DNA from: Euryarchaeota archaeon UBA346 | GTDB lineage: Archaea > Thermoplasmatota > E2 > DHVEG-1 | Length of the DNA: 44,200 nucleotides | Reading direction: 5' to 3' | NCBI GenBank assembly: GCA_002496355.1 | Contig: DAJP01000092.1 | Span: 1-44,200 of the forward strand | Shown here: positions 1-8,655 of the stretch, one piece after another | How positions within the stretch are numbered: position 1 is the first letter of the stretch | Layout: each line of letters begins with the position of its first letter | Notes under the pieces: model-generated | Told to the model about the DNA's origin: nothing | Databases searched by the model: none | The model's input: only the letters and a program-made list of their open reading frames with translations | Translations under genes and position numbers: made by a program

Positions 1-503
1 ACAATTTCTCCTTTGAATCCTTTTAAGATACAGATGGAGAGGTCCACATCAAAGGACCCTTGGTTTTTCCGAAGCATCCGCGTTTCCATCCGATATCGGA
101 TCCCTTTTTGGCGAACGTTTTCATTGCGTATTTTCTCCCATTCCTCCGGGGGATACAGGGAGTGGACTGGTGTCATGAACAAATCAGCTTCCTGCATGTT
201 GAGGAGCTCTTCTGTGTATTTGTTCCATGAGACGATACGTTCTTCATTGTCCGCTAAGGTGATAGCAACTGAGAAATTCTCAAAAATGGTTTCGTATTTT
301 TCTTGAGGGCTCACCAGGTCAATGATCGTCCTTTTTGGTTCATAGCGAGAGGTTCCCTTTGTGTTTGTCGGTACGTATTGCTTTTGTTCAACGAACTGAT
401 TGGATAACACAGTATTATTCGTAGCAGTCGATGAATGATATTGAAGTTTCCCGAGGTGTTCTTCTTCTCGTAATGTTTTAACGATATCAGGATCATTGCT
501 CAT
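1..503 (-). CDS. PAS-domain sensor protein, N-terminal part (gene runs off the left edge)
   Basis: This gene is absent from the ORF track because no stop codon lies in the window. My reverse-strand translation from the ATG at 503..501 is stop-free down to position 3. It reads MSNDPDIVKTLREEEHLGKL...SPQEKYETIFENFSVAITLADNEERIVSWNKYTEELLNMQEADLFMTPVHSLYPPEEWEKIRNENVRQKGIRYRMETRMLRKNQGSFDVDLSICILKGFKGEI, a typical PAS-fold pattern. The + strand ORF 13..306 is its antisense shadow. Confidence 0.75.
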   Translation of the reverse strand, partial: MSNDPDIVKTLREEEHLGKLQYHSSTATNNTVLSNQFVEQKQYVPTNTKGTSRYEPKRTIIDLVSPQEKYETIFENFSVAITLADNEERIVSWNKYTEELLNMQEADLFMTPVHSLYPPEEWEKIRNENVRQKGIRYRMETRMLRKNQGSFDVDLSICILKGFKGEI

Positions 504-632
504 GAAATCCTCTCCTTCAGTACCTGAATAGAACAAGGAAAAACTATGAAAGGTTTGAACAGAAAAAACTCTTTGTTTACCAATATTGTTTGTGAATCTA
601 CGTCACCACATCCCATCATAGCATGAAATACT

Positions 633-649
633 CTCTTTATATAAAAGAG
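633..649. promoter_or_regulatory. Inverted repeat CTCTTT-ATATA-AAAGAG in the divergent PAS/htpX intergenic region
   Basis: Perfect 6 bp arms flank an ATATA core. The element lies 130 nt from the PAS-gene ATG and 114 nt from the htpX ATG. It may be a symmetric TATA or operator element. A second TATA-like AAATTTTAAATT lies about 40 nt upstream of htpX. Confidence 0.3.
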
Positions 650-762
650 TACGTATGATGTATCAATTAATTTTGACGCGCCCTTCGATGCTTGCTCGAC
701 AAACGAGGGATAGAAAATTTTAAATTCTACATTTAATACATGCCAGTGGAGGCACTAATCCT

Positions 763-1737
763 ATGTGGTTACAACTTCGTCTATACCTCTTAGTAGGTCT
801 TATGTTTGCGATCCTCTACGGGATCCTAGTCGGGATTGGATATTATCTTCAGATAACAGGCTTATTCTTTTATCTGTTCATCGTAGGGATTGCTGCAGCA
901 ATCGTGCTGTTACAGTTCATGATAGGACCCAAGATCGTCGAATGGTCCATGCGCATCAAATACGTTAGTGAACAGGAGTATCCCAAGCTTCATCAGATGG
1001 TCGCAGAGCTCTCAGAAAAAGCTGGATTACCCAATAAACCAAAAGTCGGAATATCACAGCTGCCGATCCCCAATGCATTCGCATTTGGGCGGACCAAGAA
1101 AGGTTCACGTGTCTGTGTCACGAAAGGACTGTTGGATCTGTTAAGTGATGATGAGTTAAAAGCGGTTCTTGGCCATGAGCTGTCTCATATTAAACATCGT
1201 GATGTCGCAGTCATCACTATGCTCAGTGTCATCCCGATGATTTGTTATATGATCTATGTGTCATTCCTCTGGGGTGGTATGGGGCGACGGGACCGGGATA
1301 GCGGAGGAGCAATCGCGATTGGAATTCTTGCATTGGTTGTCTATTTTATCACAAGTCTCCTGGTTATGTACGGTTCACGAATAAGGGAATATTATGCGGA
1401 TCAAGGGAGCGCTGAGCTGGGGAACCAACCTCATCATCTAGCGACCGCATTATATAAAATCACTGTGAGTTCTGCAAGGATACCCAGGAATGCATTGAAA
1501 CGAACCGAGGGGATGAAGGCATTCTTTATCAACGATCCCTCCCGTGCGATGTACGAGGTTCGTGAGCTTAAGGACATCGACATGGACATGAGTGGGACGA
1601 TTGATCAAAGCGAACTTATGATGCTTTCAACTAAGAAGATTTCACTGAAAACCAGCGATAAGCTCCTTGAGGTGCTCAGCACCCACCCAAACGTCGTCAA
1701 ACGAATCAAACATCTTGCTGAATTGACGACAATCTAA
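763..1737 (+). CDS. htpX: M48-family zinc metalloprotease, HtpX homologue
   Basis: The 324 aa product has N-terminal TM helices, the HELSHIKHRD (HExxH) zinc site, a second TM pair, and REYYAD and STHPN motifs typical of HtpX. A GGAGG lies about 9 nt upstream of the ATG. Confidence 0.9.
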   Translation: MWLQLRLYLLVGLMFAILYGILVGIGYYLQITGLFFYLFIVGIAAAIVLLQFMIGPKIVEWSMRIKYVSEQEYPKLHQMVAELSEKAGLPNKPKVGISQLPIPNAFAFGRTKKGSRVCVTKGLLDLLSDDELKAVLGHELSHIKHRDVAVITMLSVIPMICYMIYVSFLWGGMGRRDRDSGGAIAIGILALVVYFITSLLVMYGSRIREYYADQGSAELGNQPHHLATALYKITVSSARIPRNALKRTEGMKAFFINDPSRAMYEVRELKDIDMDMSGTIDQSELMMLSTKKISLKTSDKLLEVLSTHPNVVKRIKHLAELTTI

Positions 1738-1750
1738 ATGGATTATCTGT

Positions 1751-2080
1751 ATGAGGATTTGGGATATACCACCAGGACATCTCTGCAGGAATCATCTGTT
1801 AGGTGAACATCGAGAGCTTCATGCGATCTGGTCTATTTTAGTTCATGGCAAGAAAGGATACGCACATCATCCTGAGACGGTACGTTGGAAGGGGAAACAG
1901 AAGGCACTTTTTCTTCGTCATGAGGCACTCGTAAAAGAGATGATACGGCGAGGCTATCATCATCAGAGTCCACTGGAGACCCGATATGCAACTGGGGATG
2001 ATACTCAAGACATCCTTGTTGACTCGTATGAGGATCAAGTCCGTCTGCTTCGTCAGAAAAAATGCGATTGTCTTGTGTGA
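1751..2080 (+). CDS. Pyrimidine-dimer DNA glycosylase (T4 endonuclease V-like, Pyr_excise family)
   Basis: The 109 aa product begins MRIWDIPPGHLCRNHLLGEHRELHAIWSIL..GKKGYAHHPETVRW...EMIRRGY. This matches the short prokaryotic endoV/DenV-like pattern (MRxWxxxPxxLxxxHLxxExREL...KGYxxHPE...RGY). The gene starts 14 nt after the htpX stop. Confidence 0.65.
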   Translation: MRIWDIPPGHLCRNHLLGEHRELHAIWSILVHGKKGYAHHPETVRWKGKQKALFLRHEALVKEMIRRGYHHQSPLETRYATGDDTQDILVDSYEDQVRLLRQKKCDCLV

Positions 2081-2098
2081 CTTACGATGAGTTACTGC

Positions 2099-2115
2099 TT
2101 TTTTAAAAAAAAAAA
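2099..2115. terminator. Bidirectional T6/A11 tract between convergent genes
   Basis: The sequence ctgcTTTTTTAAAAAAAAAAAtgagg reads as a T-run on both strands. It lies just after the stops of the + gene (2080) and the - gene (2129). Archaeal termination typically uses oligo-T. Confidence 0.45.
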
Positions 2116-2128
2116 TGAGGAAGGTTAT

Positions 2129-2377
2129 TTATTTTTGTACAACGCCGCCCCATTTCGATATGTAGACAATACCAACAACTGATACCACTGTAATTACTAA
2201 TCCGACGACGACCCCAATAATAAGAGACATCGTGTCTGGAAATCCACCTTCTTGCCACATTCCGGCTAATTTCATTGCTCCGACAATAATATCTTTCCAG
2301 ATTAGAGCAATAATAAAACCGAATGCCGCAGCTATTGATACTGCTATTGTGCTCTTTATTTCTTTTACGGTTACCAT
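2129..2377 (-). CDS. Small membrane protein, function unknown (two TM helices)
   Basis: The 82 aa product reads MVTVKEIKSTIAVSIAAAFGFIIALIWKDIIVGAMKLAG...IIGVVVGLVITVVSVVGIVYI. GGAGGTG lies 4 nt upstream of the ATG and an oligo-T run lies downstream. Confidence 0.6.
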   Translation of the reverse strand: MVTVKEIKSTIAVSIAAAFGFIIALIWKDIIVGAMKLAGMWQEGGFPDTMSLIIGVVVGLVITVVSVVGIVYISKWGGVVQK

Positions 2378-2461
2378 TTTTCACCTCCCCACAGTTATAT
2401 TGAGATGGAAAATATCCCAGAGCTATATAATAATTTTGGAAAAAATCATTATTTATATAGT

Positions 2462-3472
2462 TTACTCTAAAGGGATGAGTGTCTTTCCATACAAAAATCG
2501 TAAACAAACCAATGGCCAGAGAATCAAGACGATAAGGAGCAGGAGCGGAAGGAAGAACCCTAGATGCTCAATCAGATAACTCAGCAGGACAAACGGGAGT
2601 AAGAGCAGTGCAAGTCCCTCATGAATCCCTTCATACTGAAGCATCTGGTTTCGTCTGTCAAGAGGCATGACGAGAATCCCTCGGGTGACAGCGAAGAGCA
2701 TACAAGAAAGAATAAGAACTCCAACAAGTGGAAAAGGATAGCCAACGAGCAGGAGTGACGTAAACCCCAGGATGAACGGGAGCATGACCATAATCAGATG
2801 AAAGAGTTGTATCCCATAGGTGTACATAAGAAATGAGACCGGTTTTTTCAGTTGATTTCCAACTGCTTGGACACCAAATAGTACCGGGGTGGTCCGGATC
2901 CCAAGTTTGGTATCGAATTCAACATCCTTAAGGTTGGCGGAGACCCCGACACTGAAGATCCATTGCAGGAACGCGACCGAGGAGATGATGATAGCAAAGA
3001 AGGAAACCTGATCAGAAACGGTCAAAGCCCCATAGATTCCATAGAGGAATACTGCTGCGCCTAAAACATACTCCATTAGAGGGAGACGTTTACTAAACCT
3101 GTTATAGAGGGTCATAAGTAAAAACGACAGTAGCAGGACAACAAGGGAGCGAACGGAAAAGAAAAAAACACAGGCAAGAACAAGTGATATGAAAAAAGAA
3201 CCAAGATAGAGAAACCGTGCATTGGTTCTCGATATCCTACCAGAAGTGAGTGGTCTTTGTACAACGTATTTTGAGTGACGGTCGACTTCGACATCATAAT
3301 AGTCGTTTTGGACGAAGACGAAGATATGTCCCAGTAATCCGATGAACAACAGGATGCAGAGATGAAAGACATCAAACTCTCCGTTGCATAATGCGCCAAA
3401 AACAGGGGTAAAACCAATAAAAAGGATTCCATATGGTCGAATGAGTTTTATGTACTCCCGTATAGCTCCCAC
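2462..3472 (-). CDS. UbiA-family prenyltransferase (paralogue 1)
   Basis: The 336 aa polytopic membrane protein carries a first Asp-rich motif (VQNDYYDVEVDR, NDxxDxxxD) and a second one (KDVEFDTKLG). It has a GTG start 15 nt after the stop of the upstream PTPS/QueD gene. Confidence 0.85.
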   Translation of the reverse strand: MGAIREYIKLIRPYGILFIGFTPVFGALCNGEFDVFHLCILLFIGLLGHIFVFVQNDYYDVEVDRHSKYVVQRPLTSGRISRTNARFLYLGSFFISLVLACVFFFSVRSLVVLLLSFLLMTLYNRFSKRLPLMEYVLGAAVFLYGIYGALTVSDQVSFFAIIISSVAFLQWIFSVGVSANLKDVEFDTKLGIRTTPVLFGVQAVGNQLKKPVSFLMYTYGIQLFHLIMVMLPFILGFTSLLLVGYPFPLVGVLILSCMLFAVTRGILVMPLDRRNQMLQYEGIHEGLALLLLPFVLLSYLIEHLGFFLPLLLLIVLILWPLVCLRFLYGKTLIPLE

Positions 3473-3487
3473 GATCTCAAACCCTGT

Positions 3488-3826
3488 TTAGACGAGTATC
3501 TCCACCCACTTCCCTTGCCCTTCCCATAACTTTATCGAATACAAGGGTAACTTTCCGTTTAGTTGCTCAGCGATCCAGTGCAGGATGTGCTCTGCAGTCG
3601 GTGTCTCGAACAGCTCGTTTAACGCCTGATGATCGAGTTTTTCAAGGATCGTCGTCTCAACGATTTCTTTCATTTTTGCAAAATCAAGGATCATCCCGTC
3701 CTTCTTTACACCACCGTCGATGACGATTTCCAATTTGTAGGTATGTCCATGTAGCTTCTCACATTTTCCTTTATAGTTTGGGATATAGTGTGCAGCATCG
3801 AAATAAAATTCACGACACAGTCTCAT
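3488..3826 (-). CDS. 6-pyruvoyl-tetrahydropterin / 6-carboxy-tetrahydropterin synthase family protein (PTPS/QueD)
   Basis: The sequence MRLCREFYFDAAHYIPNYKGKCEKLHGHTYKLEIVIDG... carries the T-fold PTPS/QueD signature CxxxHGH. I prefer the ATG at 3826, which has AGGAG 11 nt upstream, over the ORF-track start at 3883, whose 19 extra residues are hydrophobic filler. Confidence 0.85.
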   Translation of the reverse strand: MRLCREFYFDAAHYIPNYKGKCEKLHGHTYKLEIVIDGGVKKDGMILDFAKMKEIVETTILEKLDHQALNELFETPTAEHILHWIAEQLNGKLPLYSIKLWEGQGKWVEILV

Positions 3827-3883
3827 CAGACAAGGCTCCTTTTTCTCATGGAGAAGAATGAAAAGGAGGAATATAAACATCAT

Positions 3884-4363
3884 CTATTTGTAAAGCAGGA
3901 CTTTTTTGTCTTTTGGGACCTTTTTGTAGAGCACTTGAATTGATTTTTTTAGAACCGGGTGTATGAGAGCTGGATTGAGGTCCATCATTGGTTGGAGAAC
4001 AAAAAGCCGGTCCTGCAACAAGGGATGCGGGATGATAAGGTTTTTTGTTTGAACAATCTCGTTTCCGTACAACAGGATATCGATATCAATGATCCGAGGC
4101 CCGTTTTTTTCGGTTTTTACCCGGCCAAGCGTGCGTTCAACAGATTGTATGAAGGTTAACAAATCTTTAGGGTCAAGGGATGTTTCTGCTTCGATAGCAC
4201 AGTTTAAAAACCAATCCTGCTGGAGAGTACCAACCGGTTCGGTGCGGTAGAAGTGTGATTGTTTTTTCACCTCGCATTTTTCAGAAAGCAGACAGAGGGC
4301 TTGGGTGATAAATCCTTCTTTATCACCGATATTTGATCCAAGGCCAAGATAGACTACAGACAT
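3884..4363 (-). CDS. folK: 2-amino-4-hydroxy-6-hydroxymethyldihydropteridine pyrophosphokinase (HPPK)
   Basis: The 159 aa product has the motifs VYLGLGSNIGD, YRTEPVG, GPRIIDIDILLYG and IPHPLLQDRLFVLQP, all canonical for HPPK. Its ATG overlaps the folP stop by 1 nt (TGATG). Confidence 0.92.
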   Translation of the reverse strand: MSVVYLGLGSNIGDKEGFITQALCLLSEKCEVKKQSHFYRTEPVGTLQQDWFLNCAIEAETSLDPKDLLTFIQSVERTLGRVKTEKNGPRIIDIDILLYGNEIVQTKNLIIPHPLLQDRLFVLQPMMDLNPALIHPVLKKSIQVLYKKVPKDKKVLLYK

Positions 4364-5196
4364 CAGACTCCCCGGACCGCATCAACCACTTGAAGTGCTC
4401 TTCTGCATTCCTTCACATCATGAACCCGTACGATATCGGCACCGTTCAAGACTGCCATGGTCACCGCCGCAAGTGTTCCTTCTATACGTTCGTTCACGGA
4501 AAGTCCGGTGATCGTCCCGATGAATGATTTCCGGGAGGGACCGACAAGCAGTGGACAACCTAGGGTTTTGAACGTGTCAAGATGTTTGAGAATCAGCAAG
4601 TTATGCTCCAGGGTTTTACCAAAACCGATCCCCGGGTCGATGACGAGTTGTGAGATTCCAGCTTTTTTCGCAATCTTCAACTGTCGTTGAAAGAATGTGG
4701 TGATTTCTCCGACGACATCCTGATAGACCGGGTCCTGTTGCATGACCTTCGGGGTTCCCAGCATGTGCATCATGACAACTGGGACATCATGGTCTGTAGC
4801 AACCTTCCGCATGGCGGGGTTTGTTAAACCCGTGATATCATTCATCAGATGAGCTCCTGCGCGCAGACAGACGTCTGCGACACCGGGTTTATAGGTATCA
4901 ATAGAAATTGGGACCGGTATCTCCCGTACCAATCGTGTCACAATCGGTAAGACCCTACCGAGTTCTTCTTCCTCCGAGAGAGGTTCTGAGCCGGGTCGTG
5001 AACTCTCCCCTCCGATATCAATAATGTCTGCTCCATCGGCAACCATTTTTTTCGCATGACCAATCGCGGTATCAAGGGTGTTGAATCGTCCTCCATCGGA
5101 GAAGGAGTCAGGGGTGACGTTAAGGATGCCCATGATTAGGGTTTTCTCGAAACGCAGGGTATGCTCTTTACAGATGAGTGGTGCAAGTGGTGACAT
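4363..5196 (-). CDS. folP: Dihydropteroate synthase
   Basis: The sequence IMGILNVTPDSFSDGGRF...ADIIDIGGESSRPG...DPGIGFGK...VGPSRKSFIG is canonical DHPS. I chose the start at the ATG at 5196 (MSPLAPL...), because the ORF-track start at 5277 adds 27 non-conserved residues. Confidence 0.92.
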   Translation of the reverse strand: MSPLAPLICKEHTLRFEKTLIMGILNVTPDSFSDGGRFNTLDTAIGHAKKMVADGADIIDIGGESSRPGSEPLSEEEELGRVLPIVTRLVREIPVPISIDTYKPGVADVCLRAGAHLMNDITGLTNPAMRKVATDHDVPVVMMHMLGTPKVMQQDPVYQDVVGEITTFFQRQLKIAKKAGISQLVIDPGIGFGKTLEHNLLILKHLDTFKTLGCPLLVGPSRKSFIGTITGLSVNERIEGTLAAVTMAVLNGADIVRVHDVKECRRALQVVDAVRGV

Positions 5197-5343
5197 TCTA
5201 TTCCTAAAATGATGACGACCTATTAATACCCAATTGATTCCACGAAGGAGACTTTCAAAAACCCTCGGGATTTGCACAAAGAGCAGTTGCAGAGCATGTT
5301 GAACATGAAAAAATCATTTTCTAAATACTTATTTTTATAAAGT

Positions 5344-5559
5344 ATGTTAATATATAAATGGATAAGAGATGTACAACAAGACTTTATAAGAAAGAAGACA
5401 ACCCTTGATTGCATGATAGTCATAGGACTTTTATCAACGGAGGAAGAAGCACAGGAAATCCAATTCATTGCAAAGATCTGCACCGTAGAGAACCGTATCC
5501 GATACCTCGCCCATGTCGATCGGATAAAACAGCTCGTCAGCAAGGAAGAAGGCCTCTAA
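5344..5559 (+). CDS. Possible small protein in the long folP/dtdA intergenic region (hypothetical)
   Basis: This is the only protein-like ORF in a roughly 400 bp gap. Its charged, helical-looking C-terminal half reads STEEEAQEIQFIAKICTVENRIRYLAHVDRIKQLVSKEEGL. I recognised no motif and the start is ambiguous (internal ATG at MIVIGLL). Confidence 0.25.
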   Translation: MLIYKWIRDVQQDFIRKKTTLDCMIVIGLLSTEEEAQEIQFIAKICTVENRIRYLAHVDRIKQLVSKEEGL

Positions 5560-5599
5560 CACAAATTACAAAAACACCCTGCTGGTTCTCCTTTACCAT

Positions 5600-6472
5600 A
5601 TGACCGTTCTTATTGTTTCTTCAGCAGAAGATCCAGCAAGCACCAATATAAAATACAGTCTTTTAGAACAAACCACCTGGGAGGAACACGGGATTTTTTA
5701 TGACACTCCCGTGTATCGACACACATCAATGAAGAATCTGATGATGGTGACGATCCCTGATAAAAAAATACGACATGAGAACATCGACCAAGAAGTACAT
5801 GATCAGCTGAACCTCACCCCTGACATCGCGATCTTCCTTTCTCGGCATCGTAGCAAAACAGGGGAACCGACACTGACAGTCCACCCGATTGGTAACTTCA
5901 GTGACGCACTGTTCGGCGGCCAACCAAAGACCCTGGTCCTTGCCGCACCACGAATGATGACACAGATCCTGCGACTCATAAAAAAAAACCTTCAACAAAC
6001 AAACCTTGGTTACAAGGTCTGCTATGAGGTCACCCACCATGGGCCGTTCCTAAAAATACCCACGCTTTTCGTCGAGGTGGGAAGCACAGAGGTGCAATGG
6101 CAGCAAAAAGAACCTGCCCGGATCATCGCGACATCCCTGCTTGAGATGCTACCAACAGCTCAATATGAAAAAAATTTCCCAAAAGACATCCCTGTTCTCC
6201 TTGGCATCGGAGGAGGACATTACGCGCCACGATTCACCGAAATCGCATTGCAGAAAAAAGTCGCTTTTGGCCATATGATACCTACGTATAAGATAGATGA
6301 AGGAGCAATAGACGACGAAATCCTTGAGAAAACAATGCAGGCAACCCCTGATTTCACAGGAGTCTATCTCCATAAAAAAGACCTGAAGAAATCCCAAGTG
6401 ACGCATTTTAGGAACTGGTTCGAGAATCGAAACATCCCTATTCTTTCCAGTAAAGAATTCAAAGACCTATGA
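5600..6472 (+). CDS. dtdA: D-aminoacyl-tRNA deacylase, archaeal type
   Basis: The 290 aa product has the motifs VSSAEDPASTNI, TVHPIGNF, EVTHHGP and GIGGGHYAPRF, which are characteristic of the archaeal DtdA (tRNA_deacylase) family. Confidence 0.85.
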   Translation: MTVLIVSSAEDPASTNIKYSLLEQTTWEEHGIFYDTPVYRHTSMKNLMMVTIPDKKIRHENIDQEVHDQLNLTPDIAIFLSRHRSKTGEPTLTVHPIGNFSDALFGGQPKTLVLAAPRMMTQILRLIKKNLQQTNLGYKVCYEVTHHGPFLKIPTLFVEVGSTEVQWQQKEPARIIATSLLEMLPTAQYEKNFPKDIPVLLGIGGGHYAPRFTEIALQKKVAFGHMIPTYKIDEGAIDDEILEKTMQATPDFTGVYLHKKDLKKSQVTHFRNWFENRNIPILSSKEFKDL

Positions 6473-6802
6473 TCTTTTTTTCTTCAGGGGATACTCAGTT
6501 TTAAAATCATCAAAAAACACACGGTCGAAATCAATGATCTTTCCGTTTCTGACTTGTATACCATCGTGTCGTAATCTGCGTATCTTGTCAGGAATCCCAA
6601 GACCAAACCCACCCAGACTCCCATCAGAGGAAACTATCTTAAAACACGGCATCGTGTCAGCATCTGGATTCTTATTCATATACGTTCCAACAGCCCGTGC
6701 ATAGTCCTTGTTCCCCAGAGCTTTGGCAACCGCACCATAGGTCGACACACGTCCTTTCGGTATCTGTCTGACAAGATAATAAGTGTAATCGGAAAGATTC
6801 AT
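6467..6802 (-). CDS. MGMT/Ogt-family DNA-binding domain protein with a variant active-site motif (PCFK instead of PCHR)
   Basis: The sequence IPKGRVSTYGAVAKALGNKDYARAVGTYMNKNP...MPCFKIVSSDGSLGGFG matches the O6-alkylguanine transferase C-terminal domain. There is no N-terminal domain. I prefer the ATG at 6802 over the TTG at 6859, which would overlap the divergent MBL gene. Confidence 0.75.
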   Translation of the reverse strand: MNLSDYTYYLVRQIPKGRVSTYGAVAKALGNKDYARAVGTYMNKNPDADTMPCFKIVSSDGSLGGFGLGIPDKIRRLRHDGIQVRNGKIIDFDRVFFDDFKTEYPLKKKRS

Positions 6803-6849
6803 ATGGGCGGATAGGCTATGACCTAAAAAAAATTTTCTATTGGGAGACG

Positions 6850-7620
6850 ATGAACACAATAAAGTTCCTTGGAACCGCTGGTGCTCGTTTTGTTGTCATG
6901 AAACAGCTCCGAGCCTCTGGTGGCATCTGGCTTACCCTTGAGGGGACTCATGTGCTCATTGACCCGGGTCCCGGCGCGCTTCTCCGCTGTCTATCCAGCA
7001 GACCAAAGTTAGACCCGCAGGACCTAGAAGGCATTATTCTAACTCATAAACATCTTGACCATTCCAATGACATCAACATCATGATCGAAGCAATGACGAA
7101 CGGTGGATTCAAAAAGAAAGGCATGGTGTTCGCACCACAGGATGCCCTCCATGGAGACCCGGTCATTCTACAATACGTAAGAGAACAAGTAAACCATATC
7201 GAAATCCTCAGGGAAAAAGGAAGCTACAAGATTGGGAACATCTCTTTTGAGACACCAAAGCAGTTAAAACACGGTGTTGAGACATACGGTTTGAACATCA
7301 AGGGAAAAAACACCAGGATCTCTCTTATCACGGATACGGATTACTTTCCAGAGCTTGCCTCCTTTTTCACGGGCGACATCCTGATCATCAACGTCGTTAT
7401 GTTTGAAGACATAAACACCATCGAACATCTCAGTTTGAACGAGGCGGAACTCATCATCAAAGAAAACAAACCACGACTCGCGATTCTCACACATTTTGGC
7501 ATGGGCATGGTGAAAGCAAAACCCTGGGAGATCGCAGAAAACCTGACAAAAAAGCTGAAAATCCAGGTCCTGGCAGCTCAGGACGGTATGCAGGTGGATA
7601 TCGACCAGTATACAGCATAG
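6850..7620 (+). CDS. MBL-fold metallo-hydrolase
   Basis: The 256 aa product carries the THKHLDHSND (HxHxDH) motif and a later TH in ILTHFG. A GGGAG lies upstream of the ATG. Confidence 0.8.
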   Translation: MNTIKFLGTAGARFVVMKQLRASGGIWLTLEGTHVLIDPGPGALLRCLSSRPKLDPQDLEGIILTHKHLDHSNDINIMIEAMTNGGFKKKGMVFAPQDALHGDPVILQYVREQVNHIEILREKGSYKIGNISFETPKQLKHGVETYGLNIKGKNTRISLITDTDYFPELASFFTGDILIINVVMFEDINTIEHLSLNEAELIIKENKPRLAILTHFGMGMVKAKPWEIAENLTKKLKIQVLAAQDGMQVDIDQYTA

Positions 7621-7647
7621 TTTTTAACTCTGCAATGATATCAAAAC

Positions 7648-8640
7648 ATGATGATGGAACGGGCGCTCCTTCCAAAATATCATGAGATCCTTGAAGAGAA
7701 CAGAAACGCCCTCTATCGTGATTGTAAACAGATCCCCGTGTCATTTGACGTCTCACAATCCACTGATGCACTCTGGAAACTCCATGATAAAACACTCCAT
7801 TCTTACAGGGTAAAGAACACAGAACAAACCCCATCGCTTCTTGATTTAAAGGTAGAACTTGCGGACCGCCTTTTCCAAGCATGTTGTTTCTGTGAACACC
7901 GCTGCAAGGTAGACCGACGGAGGACGCCAGGGGTATGCGGCGTGCAGGAAACACGAATAGCGACAGAGTTTTTACATTACGGTGAAGAAACCGTCCTTGT
8001 CCCATCGCATACGATCTTTTTTTCAGGATGCACGTTTCAGTGCGTGTTTTGCCAGAACTGGGATATCAGCCAGTTACCCTGCGGGACACCTATCTCGCCA
8101 GAAAAACTAGGAAGCATCATCGATGAGCGGAAAAAGCAAGGATCGCGCAATGTGAACTGGGTTGGTGGGGACCCGACCTCAAACCTCCTGTACATCCTTC
8201 AGGTTCTCCAACAGATGAATACGAACATCGCACAGGTGTGGAACTCGAATATGTACTGTTCAGAGCAGACCATGAAACTCCTCCATGGTGTCATCGATGT
8301 CTATCTGACTGATTTTAAATATGGGAATGATTTTTGTGCGAAACGACTCTCAAAGATCGATGGATATACTGTTATCGTGAGACGAAATCATCTGCTAGCC
8401 TACACGCAAACTGAAATCATCATACGGCATCTGGTTCTTCCTAATCACTTTGATTGTTGTTCAAAACCGGTCCTGTCTTTTATCGCAGAACATCTCCCGA
8501 ATGCACTGGTCAATATCATGGGTCAGTATAAACCAGAATACCGAGCGAATGAACAGAAAGACATCTCACGGTCGGTTACCGCTGAAGAGGTCACCCAGGT
8601 AAAAGAATATGCAGAAAAACTTGGAATCCATCAGTTATAA
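7648..8640 (+). CDS. Radical SAM protein, PflX-like (COG1313 type)
   Basis: The sequence FLHYGEETVLVPSHTIFFSGCTFQCVFCQNWDIS contains the CX3CX2C cluster motif. The HxGEE...IFFSGC context is typical of the PflX family. Confidence 0.8.
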   Translation: MMMERALLPKYHEILEENRNALYRDCKQIPVSFDVSQSTDALWKLHDKTLHSYRVKNTEQTPSLLDLKVELADRLFQACCFCEHRCKVDRRRTPGVCGVQETRIATEFLHYGEETVLVPSHTIFFSGCTFQCVFCQNWDISQLPCGTPISPEKLGSIIDERKKQGSRNVNWVGGDPTSNLLYILQVLQQMNTNIAQVWNSNMYCSEQTMKLLHGVIDVYLTDFKYGNDFCAKRLSKIDGYTVIVRRNHLLAYTQTEIIIRHLVLPNHFDCCSKPVLSFIAEHLPNALVNIMGQYKPEYRANEQKDISRSVTAEEVTQVKEYAEKLGIHQL

Positions 8641-8655
8641 ACTACACATCATATC

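Noticed and set aside
7487-8005. A 172-aa ORF on the - strand, together with many similar listed ORFs (e.g. 13..306, 3112..3432, 10213..10580, 13792..14160, 28388..28704, 29806..30265, 36365..37141, 40807..41391).
   Set aside because: All of these lie antisense to, or out of frame within, genes with strong family motifs. Their translations are low-complexity or Arg/Ser/Cys-rich with no motifs. They are typical shadow ORFs.
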